A stretch of DNA of 64,000 bases from Octopus vulgaris (GCA_951406725.2 OX597833.1:65162001-65226000); one strand, 5' to 3'; shown: positions 13,357-26,530, counted from the first letter of the stretch. The notes: generated by a model not told the origin, from the letters alone. A program made the numbers and translations.

Positions 13357-13750
13357 GGCGAGCTGGCAGAAACGTTAGCACGCCGGGCGAAATGCTTAGC
13401 GGTATTTCTTCTGTCGTTACGTTCTGAGTTCAAATTCCGCCGAGGTCGACTTTGCCTTTCATCCATTCGGGGTCGATTAAATAAGTACCAGTTACGCACT
13501 GGGTCGATGTAATCGACTTAATACCTATGTCTGTCCTTGTTTGTCCGCTCTGTGTTTAGCCCCCTTATGGGTAGTAACGAAATAGGTATTTCTTCTGTCT
13601 TTATGTTCTGAGTTCAAATTCCGCCGAGGTCGATTTTGCCTTTTGTCATTTCGGGGTCGATAAATTAACTACCAGCTCCGTATTGGTGTAGATTTTATCG
13701 ACTGGTACGCTCCCCGAAAATTTTGGGCCCTGTGCCTAGAGTAGAAAAAC
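13357..13750 (+). mobile_element. SINE family D with Tx1-like tail and duplicated body module
   Basis: ggcgagctggcagaaacgttagcacgccgggcg head. Module gttctgagttcaaattccgccgaggtcga occurs twice, separated by the tail tgtgtttagcccccttatgggtagtaacgaaata. Confidence 0.88.
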
Positions 13751-13926
13751 ATTTATATACTTGTATTTGGGTTCACAAAAGCATAGTTTCTTGTGATTGA
13801 TTCCGAAAATTGTTTTAAACGTCGTTCAGTTTTATTCCAGTAAAACTTATGATGAACAGTAAAATCCAGCCATGGAACACACAATTCTTCTCGCAGACAC
13901 ATTGTGTGTGTGTATATAGAAACACG

Positions 13927-14215
13927 TGGAAGCGCAATGGCCCAGGGGTTAGAGCAGAGGACTCGCGGTCGTAGGATCGTGGTTCCGATTCCCAGATCGG
14001 GCGTTGAGTGTTTATTGAGCGAAAACACCTAAAAGCTCCACGAGGATCCGGCAGGGAGTGATAGCGATCCCTGCTGTACTCTTTCACCACAAATTTCTCT
14101 CAGTCTTTCTTCTGTTGGCCTACTCGCTTAGCCAGCGGGGCGGCGTCATTCGAAGGATAAAAACAATGCGAACGCATTGTGACCAGCGCTACGTAGCAAC
14201 ATCTAATGGTCTGTG
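13927..14215 (+). mobile_element. SINE head B + tail 2
   Basis: Head matches 9494-9670; 3' part matches 54040-54150. Confidence 0.85.
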
Positions 14216-14602
14216 TTCCAGCTCTTAGCTCTTGTTGGCAATACTGTCGTTGTTTCCCCTTGATTGAATTATGGAGATATTGTTACAGAGCGACTTTGTT
14301 GCCGCATTTGTTGCTGCGTTCAGTTTGGCCACTATCTGGCTTCTTTACACTCCCGTCTTCTTGCTTCTGTTTACAAAAATCCAATTTAGCACACAGATTA
14401 CTGATGCTGTTGTTATTTTCGCTTAACCTCAGTTCAATTGTTATCTAGTACAGAATTATGGTTGGTATTCCAGCATGTTCGCTTCGATATTTCTTCAGGA
14501 CACCCTCCACACACACGTACACACACATACACATACAAAACACATATTTATATATACAGATACATGTATATGTATATATATATATATATGTATATGTATA
14601 TA

Positions 14603-14683
<81 letters not shown>

Positions 14684-15159
14684 GTATATGTTTATGTATG
14701 TATATGTATATGTATAAAGTGCCTTTCATTTTTCATAGTTTGCATGGCGTGTTTGGTGTTGAGCAGCTATAGATAACATTTTGACTGTTTCTATTGAATA
14801 AATTATGTTATCTCTTCATATTAAGCAGGTTTTTCAAAAATTCGTTTCTACATTAGCGCAGAAATCTGGTTTGAACACAAAGAGGTTTTGAGCTTTTTCT
14901 GTCCCAAAAATTGAACATAGGAAGCAAGTTGTTGTTGTTACTGTTGCTGCTGCCGTTGCTAGTGTTGCTGTTGTTTTCATTTAGCTCTATTTTAACCCTA
15001 ATCTAATGAAATTATTAGCTTTATTCCAACGTTAATCACCATATTTTTCCTCCTCCACATACGATACATATATGTGTGCGCGTGTGTGTGTGTATGTGTG
15101 TGTATGTGTGTGTGTATGTTTATGTATGTATGTATGTATGTATGTGTGTATATATATCT

Positions 15160-15510
15160 CGGTCGCGGCCACATGGTTCCGGGTTCAAATCCACTGCATA
15201 GCTCATTGGGAAGGGGTCTTCTATGATAACTGCGGGCTGACCAAAGCTTTGAGTGGATTTGGTAGACGGAAACTAAAATAACACACTATGCGTGCGTGGG
15301 GGGCTGGGAGGAGTGTGTGTGTGTGAGCGGACGTGTGTGTGTCTATCAATGCGTGGGTGTCTTTGTCTCTGCGTTTGTCCCCCACCAACGCTTGGCAATC
15401 CGAATTGGCTTGCGTCACCGTAACATAGCGTTTGGGCACGGAGAACGATAGAATAGGTGGTACCAGGCTTAAACAAAAGATGAATTACTACTGGGGGCTT
15501 CAACATAGCC
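15160..15510 (+). mobile_element. SINE family A, degenerate
   Basis: ccacatggttccgggttcaaatccactgc, gagtggatttggtagacggaaact, gatagaataggt. Confidence 0.75.
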
Positions 15511-16661
15511 GCAAGATGTGCAAGTGTGTGATTGTGTGCATGATTGTATATAGAGAGCGACGATATTCGTTATGCTCTTCATATATATTTAGGAATAGAA
15601 ATAATGATCGCATGTTCCTGAGTGGAACAGCTCCCCATTAGCATTACTGGTATCGATTAAACTATTAAAAGAATTCTGGACTTGTTCCTAAATTCTTTTT
15701 CAAATCAGATTTACAAAGACAATCAGCTGCCATTTCTAGCAAGCCGAAATATGACCCTGTCGAGTACGCAACCCAGTTCATAATTCAGTTTATGTGAATA
15801 CATCTATACCCATCAACATATTGTTCCTTTTATTAAATCGGCAGCTTTTATGATGTGAGAGCAGATTGCTGAATATTTCCTACATGTCATATTACCACAA
15901 AACCACTTCACGTTTTATCGCCCTTACAAGATTTCAATCTCCCTTATCTAATAATATTTTTCAAGTACTCAACTTATTTTATTACACAATTGTTTGCCAT
16001 AACAGATTTTAGTTTCAATTTATATTTTATAAATTTCAACATCCACATAAACTCTTAAATTTTTTCAAACCAAAATTCCATAAACACGACACGGAATATA
16101 TTTTTAAAGCTATTTTTTTTATAGTATTCGTATTTCTATAATATTCCTATCGTAATTCTATTTTTTGCAACAAAAACCTGAATTACAATTTATCAACGTT
16201 ATTGCAATTATTTATTTTATTTTCATAAATTTCATTGCATTCGGATCTGTCATGTAATCCCTTAATTTCATTTTGATTTTTATCACGAAACAGCAAATAA
16301 TTTTTAGTTTAACAAAAACGAATCATCGTTGATATCATCATCTTTTTTATTTGATATTCTCACGCTGAAAACACTATCATACCCTTCGCTTGGAAGAAAA
16401 ACAACGACAACAAAAAGGACTAAAGTATACGTGTGTCCCGTTTTATCACGGATTCACTTATCACTGTTCTGGGATAACACGTTATGTTCAATTGTAAACA
16501 ACGTTGCGAATTATCATAGATTAGTGTTAAAACAGATCGGCGATCAGTCGACCATCTACAATGATCATCCACCATACTCAGGACATTTTGCATCTGGGAA
16601 CGAAACCTATTTTCCCATAAGTTCTATTAATCACTTATGATTCGGTGTTTGTTTGGTGAAG

Positions 16662-16737
16662 TGAAATGGAACCATACACCTGGAATTGAACCACACACCT
16701 GGAATGGAACCATACACCTGGAATGGAACCATACACC
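16662..16737. repeat. Minisatellite, 4 x 19 bp (tggaatggaaccatacacc)
   Basis: Four adjacent near-identical units. Confidence 0.9.
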
Positions 16738-17019
16738 CCTGATAAACCAGGATGGATATACAAAATTTAAATCCCCACCCCTATTGTGGTTGTTTTTGTT
16801 GCTGTTGATGCTGTAGAGGTTGTTTACCGCCAAAAAGTCCCTAATTAAACTCATATGCATTTCATCTTTCCAACCGTACCCGTTTTATATTATCTTATCC
16901 TCTAAGATTCAGGTGACCAATTAAACATTACCTAATGCGTTGTTCTTAATTGCTGGTAATGTGCCAAAATTTGAAACTAGTAATAATAATAAGGCCAGTA
17001 ATTTCAGGCCAGAAGCAGG

Positions 17020-17365
17020 AGGATTATATCGACCCCAGTGCGTAACGGGTACTTATTTAATCGAGGCCGAAGGGATGAAAGGCAAAGTCGACCTCGGCGG
17101 AATTTGAACTCAGAACGCAACGGCAGACGAAATACCTATTTCTTTACTACCCACAAGGGGCTAAACACAGAGGGGACAAACAAGGACAGACAAACGGATT
17201 AAGTCGATTACATCGACCCCAGTGCGTAACTGGTACTTAATTTATCGTCCCTGAAAGGATGAAAGGCAAAGTCGACCTCGGTGGAATTTGAACTCAGAAC
17301 GTAACGGCAGACGAAATACCGCTAAGCATTTCGCCCGGTGTGCTAACGTTTCTGCCAGCTCGCCT
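17020..17365 (-). mobile_element. SINE family D (duplicated body)
   Basis: Reverse-complement copy of 13357-13700. Confidence 0.88.
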
Positions 17366-18015
17366 TCTTAGCCAGCTACATATTGCTACTAAGAATAGTA
17401 ATAAAGTACATCATCTCAGCAAATTTCAGTATAACGATTATCAATTTAATATTCTATCATTATTCATTCAATCCAAATCTATTGTTGTGTGTGCGTGCTT
17501 GTATGCTTATGTAATATATGTGTTTGTGTGTATGTGTGTGTATGTATGTATGTGTGTCTGAGTGTGTGCGTGAATGTGTGTGTGTTCGTTAGATCGCGGT
17601 AACACGCAAAGCAACCTTTTTCGTGGATCAACAGAACAGACAGAAACACACCTGAAGAAAAAGAAAAAAAAATTAACAAGGAATTAATAATAATAAATAT
17701 CCTTCTCGTTCCGTTGCGTTCGCCGTGCCCACCACATCGTGCCATTCTTCAGTTCTTCGTCGTCAGGATTTCCTGCGGCTACGAAAAATAATTTAGAAGA
17801 CGTAACAATGAATGAAATGTGTATTTTCCGGTAATGTGCTGTATGGATCGTTAATTGTTTAACGTGAGATAATATATTAATTATGTCACATTCCATATCA
17901 GGTGAAATTGCAATCAACTCCAGGAATCTTGACCTCGTTATAATTGATGTTAACCTGAAATCTGCAATTAATTCTGAAACTCTATACCGATTAAAGCAAA
18001 ATTCCATCAAAGGAG

Positions 18016-18062
<47 letters not shown>

Positions 18063-18176
18063 TACATATATATATGTCTATATATGCGATATATATACTA
18101 TACATAGGTCTTTATACGTTTGTGTCTGTGTATACACTCGCATATTTGCATTAGATAGATAGAGAGATATATTTAC

Positions 18177-18208
<32 letters not shown>

Positions 18209-18326
18209 TTTGTGATATATGCATATACCTACGTGTATACATTTCTACAGCAATATATTTCTGCGTGTGCTTTAACGTATATGTGCACATATATATTTGT
18301 GTGTGCATATGTGAATGTTTTTCTAA

Positions 18327-18385
<59 letters not shown>

Positions 18386-18423
18386 TTTATGTGTGTGTGT
18401 GTATGTATATATATATATATATA

Positions 18424-18488
<65 letters not shown>

Positions 18489-19942
18489 GTGTATATATAT
18501 TTAAGAGGTGTGAGAAAAGAATACATGTGCGTATAACACATAATCAAACATTTTGTGAAGATATTTAGACGTACGTTTTGTTACGGTATCGTATCATATA
18601 ACGGTGAGTTGTTAATATATTCCATCGGAGTATTAATTACTTAGGCATTACATCTCTAATTAATCAAATACCTCATACCTCAAATTACGTATGTAATTGA
18701 TATCAATGCATGTAACTTAACTTGAAACACGATGTGACACGAAAAGAGTTTTTAAAATTTATTTACTTATATGTTTTGGTAAGTGGTTTCTACATATTTT
18801 GGCTGGAATTTATGTGCGTTTGCCCCACCGTATTGGCTTCTGGGGTGTTTGTTGATTGATAATGTTATGAATATGTTCGCTGGCACCGGCGTTAATTTAG
18901 ATGGATTGGCTGAGATTGAGGGCCGGTTTTCCATTAATATTTTATAGAATCAAAAAGCCAAGTGAAGTGGAAAGTGAGCTAACAGGATGTGAATTATGTT
19001 GCTGTACGCCTGTATTTTTGAAATTTCAAATATCTTATGCACAGAAAATATGCATGGAAGTGAAACCCGACAGGCGGGATTCACTAGATTCTCGCTGCAC
19101 CATTTTTTTTTTGTTTTACGCAGCTGTGTCAGACATACATGGTCTTCGAGAAACTAAACGCATGTTAACGATCTGCTCGCAGAAAGATGAATGTGACGAC
19201 ACGCTGACGATTCAGTGACGTCATTCAGTGAAGACCAATAACACCTGGTGGCTCTAGATGTATGAGATTAGTAGAGGGCTATCAGCCGACTCATTACTAC
19301 AAAATTGTAGCTTCAATTCCTAGATCACGTCTTTCACCAAGAGATAGATTGATAATTAGATGTTACTCCATTCTGTTCAATGAATGCCAACCGGATGCCT
19401 ATATTTCTCTCTTATCCCTTCTATCGCTACCTATTTCTCTCTCTCTCTCATAATACACAAACTTTTTTATCTACGTGTTGCATCATTGATGTACCATTGG
19501 GTTCCAGAGTGAAAGACAAAAGGCTTTCCATGGCTGATTCCAATATTTCGATGACCCTCAATCCCAAAACAATCCAAGTATCAATGTCACTTTTTTACTA
19601 AATCACACCTATCACCTGGCTGTATAACAACATGTAGAGGATGGGTGCAACTGAAGTTTCATAGATACCAACGTACCTTCTTTTTAATCTGTAGCAGCAA
19701 ATATCTACAGATCCAAACTGCTGCTATGGCCAGCCAAAGTTATGAAATATATAGATGCTTAAGAACCAATATGAGAGGTCTGATATCATATACTTCTGTG
19801 AGGTAAGACATCATCAGTTTAAAAGCAACTAATTAGTCCCGCCTAATACTTACACACATACATACATACAGACATACATACATACATAGATACAGACATA
19901 CATACATACATACATACATACATACAAACATACAAACATACA

Positions 19943-20025
<83 letters not shown>

Positions 20026-20174
20026 GAGTAGTTGAATGAATTATCTTATTATGGATAATTCGGTTAACCGATACCTGGGTAGCAAATTCACGTCAGAAAA
20101 ACACGGTTGAAGCTACATGCCTAGGGCAGAGATCACGTGCTATCGTGTGGAAATTTGTGTGGTTTTTTAAATAC

Positions 20175-20260
20175 AAATAAATGAAAGAATGGAGTTGAAC
20201 GACGATTTAACAAAATTCCTTTTGTTAATTCGTCGTTCAACTCCATTCTTTCATTTATTT
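20175..20260. repeat. Inverted repeat, 41-bp arms with 4-nt spacer, ending a Penelope-like fragment
   Basis: aaataaatgaaagaatggagttgaacgacgatttaacaaaa / ttttgttaattcgtcgttcaactccattctttcatttattt, one mismatch. Confidence 0.9.
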
Positions 20261-20321
20261 ATATATATATATACGTGTGTGTGTGTGTATATATATATAT
20301 ATGCGTATACATAATATATTA

Positions 20322-20604
20322 TTTTATTCTGTTACTTGTTTCAGTCATTTGACTGACGCCATGCTGGAGCACTGCCTTTAGTCGAACTCGTCGAGCCCAC
20401 GACTTATTCTTTTGGAAGCCTAGTACTTATTCTATTGCTATTTTTTCGCCGAACCGCTAATTGACGGAGACGTAAACACACGAACAAGTGATGGTGGGAA
20501 GACAAACACACACACACATGTATATATATGTGTGTCTGTGTGTGTGCAAATATATATATATATATATATACAGATTTGGCAGACGGAAACCAAACGAAGC
20601 CCGT

Positions 20605-20661
<57 letters not shown>

Positions 20662-20826
20662 CGAGAGCCGTTTCCCAATTTCGCTCTGCCTAATCCACTA
20701 GCAAGGTTTTGGTAGTCCCGAGGCTATATTAGGAGACACTATCCCAAGTTGCTACACAGTGGGACTAAACCCAGAACTACGTAATTGGGAAGCAAATTTC
20801 TTACCACAGAGCCACTCCTGCGCCTA
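20322..20826 (-). mobile_element. SINE family A, diverged, with internal inverted fragment
   Basis: Reverse-complement head (gccactcctgcgcc) and tail (acttgtttcagtcatttgactg). A plus-strand SINE piece sits at 20572-20607. Confidence 0.85.
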
Positions 20827-21552
20827 TTTAATACTTTACTAACAATACATCTAAAGTTATCCCTCATCCACATATATATATAAACTCTAAACCACTTAAA
20901 TACTTTCCCACAATAGAAATCGTTATTCCGAAACAACCAAAGTGGTCACAATGTCACTCAATACACTCTACGACCAATAGAAACCATCGAATACTGGGAC
21001 TGTATGATGGAACAATAGATACACTTCAACTTGAGACAATAACTGGATGGCCGTGGCTTCCATGATTTCGATTAGAGATCAGTTTGGCCATCGCTGGACT
21101 TGTGGTCAACAACAACAGCGGCAAAGTCTACTGTAAGCCACCTAGTGGTTATAACTACGATGTTCTCTTAAATAGGAATCACGATTCAGTTAATATGGTT
21201 TTTATCAATAATCGCCCGAGTGGATTAGTTACGGTGAAAGGAAGCTACTTATTAATTTAATTAGTTAATTAATTTGGTACTTCATTAAATATACGTCCAT
21301 TGATAAGCTTGTAGCACATCCGGTTGCTGTGTGCAGCTGTTCCTGACATACTGAAAAGGCAAGCCACACAGACACAAGCGCACACGCTTACACGTATGTA
21401 AGTGTATGTGTATATATGTATGTACATACATACATATATATGCATATGTTTATATACATATATATGTATATGAATGTATATATATATAAATATATATATA
21501 TGAATGTGTGTATATATATGTATATAAATGTAATAAGTAAAAGAAGAGAGTA

Positions 21553-21627
<75 letters not shown>

Positions 21628-21766
21628 ATTAGCAAACAATTTAGATTCAAATGAATATGGTACTTAATTTAGATGCACCAGAATTTTGTTATGGTATTAC
21701 CCATAAAGATATGCGGGATGATAATAATCAAAGATAAGCAACAAAAGCAACATATATATATATATG

Positions 21767-21814
<48 letters not shown>

Positions 21815-21843
21815 ATCCAAACATGAAAACACAACAACGCGAG

Positions 21844-21870
21844 GACGTTTCGAGCGGAGCTCTTCGTCAG
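21844..21870 (-). ncRNA. Partial minimal hammerhead motif (stem I partner missing)
   Basis: Minus strand CTGACGA-a-gagc-tcc-gctc-GAAA-cg-TC, in a short insert between (TA)n tracts. Confidence 0.5.
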
Positions 21871-21988
21871 CAATATAAGAAAAGGAAAAATCCAAAGAAG
21901 GGAAGATGGAGGAAAAAAATCGCCATATATATATATACTGTTTTATACATTTATAGAGAGTATTAACAATATTATAGCATATGATGAT

Positions 21989-22835
21989 TTAATATATGTT
22001 TTTGCAGTCATTTTCGTACGTTTGTCATTCCGTTTGATAATTGGCTCAAGGAGTTTCTCATTCATTTTCATTTTTCGATCATTCAGTGTTGCCCTTCGGT
22101 CAAAGCATTTAGCATGTACATCATTCAAATCAAAATGCCCGTCGAGAGCATTCAAATTTGTCGGAATGCGGGGAAGTGTCTTTTCGCGCATTCAAATTCG
22201 CACGTGAGCATACGAGTTCGGAATAAGTTTATTCAACGTAGCTCTAATTTTACATGTTTGTTGTACTCACATTCTAAGAAATGAATGTTAAAAATTACAA
22301 ATTTAAATGACATGATTTGTCATATAAAATTTTATTATGTGGTTATAGCTGCAAGGAAGAAGTAACATGGTTGTTTTGTCCATGAAAGTGTTTTTCATTG
22401 CAGCATTCGGTCGGTACCATTTGCATTTTGTTTCCCATTCTCTTACACCAACTTGTTAAAGACATGGGCAGGATGGAGTGCTTAAAACATAAACACTGGA
22501 TGAAAGCGCATGATTATGATAACAATGATCACGAGATAAAGCCAAAATAGCTATTGTGCTAATTTGATTGCTCGAAGTGTTAAATAAATTGCTCCGAAAC
22601 GAATTTGAATGCTCGAAAAGACAATTCCTCGTCTTCCGATTAATTTCAATGCTCTCAACGGGAAATATAATTTGAATGATTCAAATGCTAAATTCTTTGA
22701 CGGAAGTGCGAAATTGAATGATCGAAAAACGAATTTGAACGAGAAACTTCATGTCGCTAATATTTGTTCGCGTGTTTGAATGACCCGATTATTGAATGAC
22801 AAACGTACGAAAGTGTCTGCAAAAACCTATGTTAA
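21989..22835. mobile_element. MITE / foldback element with about 220-240 bp imperfect terminal inverted repeats
   Basis: 21991-22210 is the imperfect reverse complement of 22590-22833 (gtttttgcag.ca.tttcgtacgtttgtcattc). TTAA at 21989-21992 and 22832-22835. Confidence 0.8.
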
Positions 22836-23040
22836 GTATTATCGGGAAATTTGCCCAAATCTAAGATCGCTAACCACTACACATTCTTTATTTTGTCTCC
22901 CTGTTTCTTTCTGTGTTCCTTTCTGTGGAGGAGCGTAGGCTCGAAACATTTATGACTTTTTCACTTCCCGAGCGTTAAACTAATATATCTGTTTGTTGTC
23001 TACACCACCTGTCTTCTTTTCTCTTTTTGTGAATTCTCCC

Positions 23041-23109
<69 letters not shown>

Positions 23110-23114
<5 letters not shown>

Positions 23115-23690
23115 CACAAAAATAGGAGAAGAACGCAAAATATCCTGACAGGTGATACAAAAAAGGGACAACAAAACATTTAGACAGACGATACAAAGAA
23201 AATAAGGACGGGTCATTCGGAGATTTCGTTCCTCAGTAGAGTTTCAGATTATCTTTGCAATTTCGGTTGGTTATACTCAAGATTGCTCCAGTCTGGCCAG
23301 CCCCGCCCCAAAAAAAACTAACTTAGGAGCACTAGATTCCTTGGATGAAAGCAGCGATTGTATATGAAAACAAGGATGAACAAAGAACAGAGAAATGGTA
23401 CACAAATACAAGTAAAAGGACATTAACCACGGGTGTCTTTAGACTAAGGACGAATTAAATTAAGCTAGCGTGTGCTGAAGTAAAGCCTTAAGGCGGGGAC
23501 AGGTGATTTCGTAGGCAGAAGGAAGAATATAGATGTTGCACGGATGGTCACGTGGGGAGAGAAGAGAAGAGGCAGAGGGATAGAAGAATTAAGGAGGAGT
23601 GAGAAAAACTGAGAGGGACTGAGTGAAGTAAAAGAGGAGAGAAGATGAGCATGAAGAGAAGGCCAGGAAATATGAGAGAGGGGGAATGAA
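23110..23690 (-). mobile_element. Second diverged copy of the 4765-5215 repeat family
   Basis: Reverse complement is colinear with 4775-5200; bounded by (TA)n on both sides. Confidence 0.7.
23218..23302 (-). ncRNA. Candidate non-circularly permuted hammerhead-like ribozyme, copy 2
   Basis: Minus strand ggctgg..gcaaTC-ttgagt-ataa-ccaacc-GAAA-ttgc..actcta-CTGAGGA. Same order as copy 1 with compensatory changes and two single mismatches. Confidence 0.45.
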
Positions 23691-23768
23691 AGAACGAAGT
23701 GTATATATATATATACATATACACGAAAGAACGAAGAGTATATATATATATACACGAAAGAACAAAGA

Positions 23769-23816
<48 letters not shown>

Positions 23817-24733
23817 TGTAACAGAACATGGCTTCAAATTTTGCCACAGGGCCAGGCGGTTTTGAGGAGAAGGGAAGTGGATTTCTTTTACCCTATTACT
23901 TAACTGACACTTATTTTATCGACTTCGATTGGGTTAAATGCAAAGTCGACCTCGACAGAATTTGAACTAGCGATGTAAAAATGGACAAAATACTGCTAAC
24001 CACTTTGCCTTACGTTCTATCTGCCCACCCCCTCGCCGACAAATATGCTTAAAACTTATATAGTATACTCCAAATACAGAACATTCAGCCTCTTTTGTAT
24101 AGCTGTATCTTTCAGTGAGAAACCCTAGGGTGCTGGAGGCCATCTTCAACTTCGTCCAACTTTATCTAAATGTTTTGATATAATATAAAACCTAAAACAA
24201 TATTAAAAGAAAAACTGTATTAAATTAGACAATAAAATGCAATATTAAAAACACAAAACAACATACCACAATCTAAAATAATTAAACGCAACACCAAGAT
24301 ATAATAATATAATGCGAATACCAAATACTTCGTTATACAATGACAGAATAGAACTAAAATATAATTTAGTACATTATAATATCATATGAAGTATTATATT
24401 CTCGATCTATACACGAATATCTTCGATTACCTTCTGAGGTCAGTTTCATCTTACTCTCACCAATAATACGATTTTCGGTAACGGATGAAATGGCAGCATA
24501 TCGTATTTACACTAAAAGATAGCTTGCACGTGATTAATCAATGGAAATCAATAGGAATTGGAAGATTAGGAAGATGTCTCAGACAGTTGAAGTTCAAACA
24601 GGTCAAACGAAGGAAACCAATATGAATCATAATGCTTTTCTCTAGCTGGAAGTGATCCACGTTGTAGGACGGGAGATAGAAAACTTGCTGGTAAGACATT
24701 ACGATGCGGTTTCGATCCATTTCTGAAGCTACA

Positions 24734-25125
24734 TACAAGATGCGATGGGTAAATTGTCGCCATGTTATATTTTTGATTTCACGCATGCGCATTGCTTGTG
24801 TTTGGTTCTCTTGACTACACAGTATAGTAGGGTCAGTTAGGCACAGTCTGTGCGAAAAACAGCACTGTGACGCAATTCATTCTGCTAGAAATTACTAAAC
24901 AACATACTGTACGGCTTAGCATTCGCACCGGAAGCCACAATACGGAAATTTCAGAGTGTTTGGGTGTCAATCTGAAGAGAGTGCAGAGGATTCGGACAGA
25001 GCTGGATGAGTTTAATGGTGGTTGCAAAAATCCGGTAGCTGGGAAAAATCAGTCTGATCGTTATGATAAAAGAACTCCTGAATTTGTTGGTGAGATCCAG
25101 GCCATGATTGACAACAACCCGTTCA
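24734..25125 (+). pseudogene. Tc1/mariner-superfamily transposon fossil (N-terminal HTH)
   Basis: TA-CAAGATGCG left end. ORF 24867-25139 with HTH-like SHNTEISECLGVNLKRVQRIR and KRTPEFVGEIQAMIDNNP. Confidence 0.65.
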
Positions 25126-25159
25126 ACCCCACTGCGTGACAATCTATTCTACATTGCCT

Positions 25160-25361
25160 TACTCTCTTTTACTCTTTTACTTGTTTCAGTCATTCGACTG
25201 CGGCCATGCTGGAGCACCGCCTTTTAGTCAAGCAAATCGACCCCGGGACTTATTCTTTGTAAGCCCAGTACTTATTCTATCGGTTTCTTTTGCCGAGTCG
25301 CTAAGTGACGGGGACATAAACACAACAGCATCGGTTTTCAAGCAATGCTAGGGGGACAAAC

Positions 25362-25392
<31 letters not shown>

Positions 25393-25562
25393 CATATATA
25401 CGACAGGCTTCTTTCAGTTTCCGTCCCCCAAATCCACTCACAAGGCATTGGTCGGCCCGGGGCTATAGCAGAAGACACTTGCCCAAGATGCCACGCAGTG
25501 GGACTGAACCCGGAACCATGTGGTTGGTTAGCAAGCTACTTACCACACAGCCACTCCTGCCT
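25160..25562 (-). mobile_element. SINE family A
   Basis: Full-length reverse-complement copy. Confidence 0.9.
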
Positions 25563-25823
25563 TGGGCATAAATACATAGAATTATATTAAATTAAAATAG
25601 ATGGACACATTAGTATAATTTTACCTAAAACTTCCAAGAAGGTAAGGAGATAAACAAAGAACATGCTGTCTTCACTTCAGCTTAGAAGCTTCTACGGTAT
25701 CAGGAAGTAGGACTTGTTAGAGAACTAGCTTGTCACTGTTTTTGGGGGTCAGTTTAAATTTATAGTCTTGTTTATCAAATCTTTGTATATCAAAAATCTA
25801 AGACCAAGGAACTTATATATATA

Positions 25824-26127
25824 CTAGCAGTATCGCCCGGCGTTGCTCGGGTTTGTAAGGGAAATAACTATATAAGCATTTTTAGAGAGTTACTTCCCTT
25901 ATAAAAATCGAGCAAAAATGGATTAAAAATGCGGAAAATGATGGTAAATTTTTTTTAAATCGCAGACTAATCGTAGACGCACGCTAATACTCAGAAGGGC
26001 TCAATATGAATCACGACTATAAGATACCCGCTTTTGGTTAAACTACACCGCAAAATGTGGGAGTAGTTAGGAATCTAAATCGAAGGGGACAGACACGCAC
26101 ACAACTACAGTTTTATATATAAAGAGA
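25824..26127 (-). mobile_element. Non-autonomous Helitron (about 304 bp)
   Basis: Minus strand begins A|TCtctttatatataaaa and ends with hairpin cccgagcaacgccggg then CTAG|T. AT target, no TSD. Confidence 0.88.
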
Positions 26128-26530
26128 TATATATATATATGAAATTATATATAAATTTATAATGTGCACGCATAGGAGTACACACATGCTAATTTAATAA
26201 TTTCCACTACGTGTTGTTCATGCACGGCTGGGTGGTTAAGAATTACGGTTTACCAATATTTGATTTTAGGTTTGAACCCTCAGCGAAACGAGGAAAGCCG
26301 GTGTGCAGGTAGGAGTGTAGTTGGAATTTTTGCAATTCATAAATATGTTAGCAATGTAAATATTAGAAAAAAAGGAACTTGCTTTACAAAACATAAAAAT
26401 CGTTTTTACATTAACTATTTTGAGAGAAAATCGATAAATAATATTCAGCATACAATATTCCGAAACACAACCACCTTCTTTAATGAGCTAAAACATCTTT
26501 AATCCTTCCACAGAGGAATGAAATACAGTA

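Noticed and set aside
16662-16737. Short direct repeats as a CRISPR array
   Set aside because: The units are contiguous with no spacers, the context is eukaryotic, and there are no cas genes.
19695-19802. Possible internal exon (pyrimidine tract-AG .. GAG/GTAAGA)
   Set aside because: One open frame but no recognisable peptide or partner exons; such signals arise by chance.
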